From Azolla caroliniana (Eukaryota > Plantae > Polypodiophyta), in assembly GCA_043228905.1 (NCBI GenBank), contig JBHGNT010000001.1, positions 11,656,001 to 11,720,000 on the forward strand: 64,000 nucleotides of DNA. Direction: 5' to 3'. Below, piece by piece: positions 63,574 through 64,000 of this stretch. A model generated the notes under the pieces. That model searched no databases and was not told the origin of the DNA. It saw nothing but the letters and a program-made list of their open reading frames with translations. The translations under genes were made by a program, and so were the position numbers. Position 1 is the first letter of the stretch, and every line of letters starts with the position of its first letter.

Positions 63574-64000
63574 GTAATGTCTAAACACATTTAATGGCGC
63601 CATGTGTACTCAGTCATAAAAAAACTAAACTAAAATACATATTTATTCTTTCCACATGCTTTCTTGGATTAAAAGAAAGATGATAAACTCTAGCCTATGT
63701 GAATTGCTAAGTTCAACAATTGTTTTAAAGGTGACCTTAGATATGCAGTTATCATGAGTTGTGTTCATATTGGGAAACATATGAAGCTATACAAGATAAG
63801 TATGTGCAGTATTGACTGGAGAGGTTGCCACTGATACACCGCAGTATCATCATTCCTTTCTAACACATCTTTCAACGAGGTTGCCGCAGAAAGAGAGAAA
63901 GATGTATTAATGTCCTTTAAGAAGCCAAAGTGGCCTAAAAGACCAAACAAGAGATTACATCTTAAGTGTTGTCTCTTCTTTGAGAACAACATATCAAAAT

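Overview
Eukaryotic land-plant genomic DNA, not prokaryotic. A seed-free plant such as a fern is likely; this is inferred from an SFI1-repeat gene and Tcn1/Tf1-type chromoviruses. Bases 1-28 kb are a nest of retroelements: a decayed Gypsy with an extra coiled-coil ORF, an intact Tnt1/Tork-like Copia running into a 100-N gap, decayed Copia pieces, and a full-length decayed L1 LINE carrying a solo LTR and a complete chromovirus (TSD CCTAC). Bases 29-64 kb hold three spliced host genes: a chloroplast DnaJ (J20-like, 2 exons, minus strand), a 17-exon ~1214-aa coiled-coil/SFI1-repeat protein (plus), and the 5' part of a DUF155/RMND1 (RRG-like) gene (plus). That region also has a Copia relic with a nested 2.2-kb non-autonomous chromovirus derivative and a hAT MITE. 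The most unusual signal is in the chromovirus-type LTRs. All six copies, from four elements, carry an outward-facing tRNA-like Pol III A-box/B-box cassette at their 5' edge. The two elements with an intact 5' LTR lack a tRNA PBS; their PBS is instead complementary to the sequence exactly 32 nt after the LTR TATA box, which is Tf1-like self-priming. All calls come from manual reading; no database searches were run.
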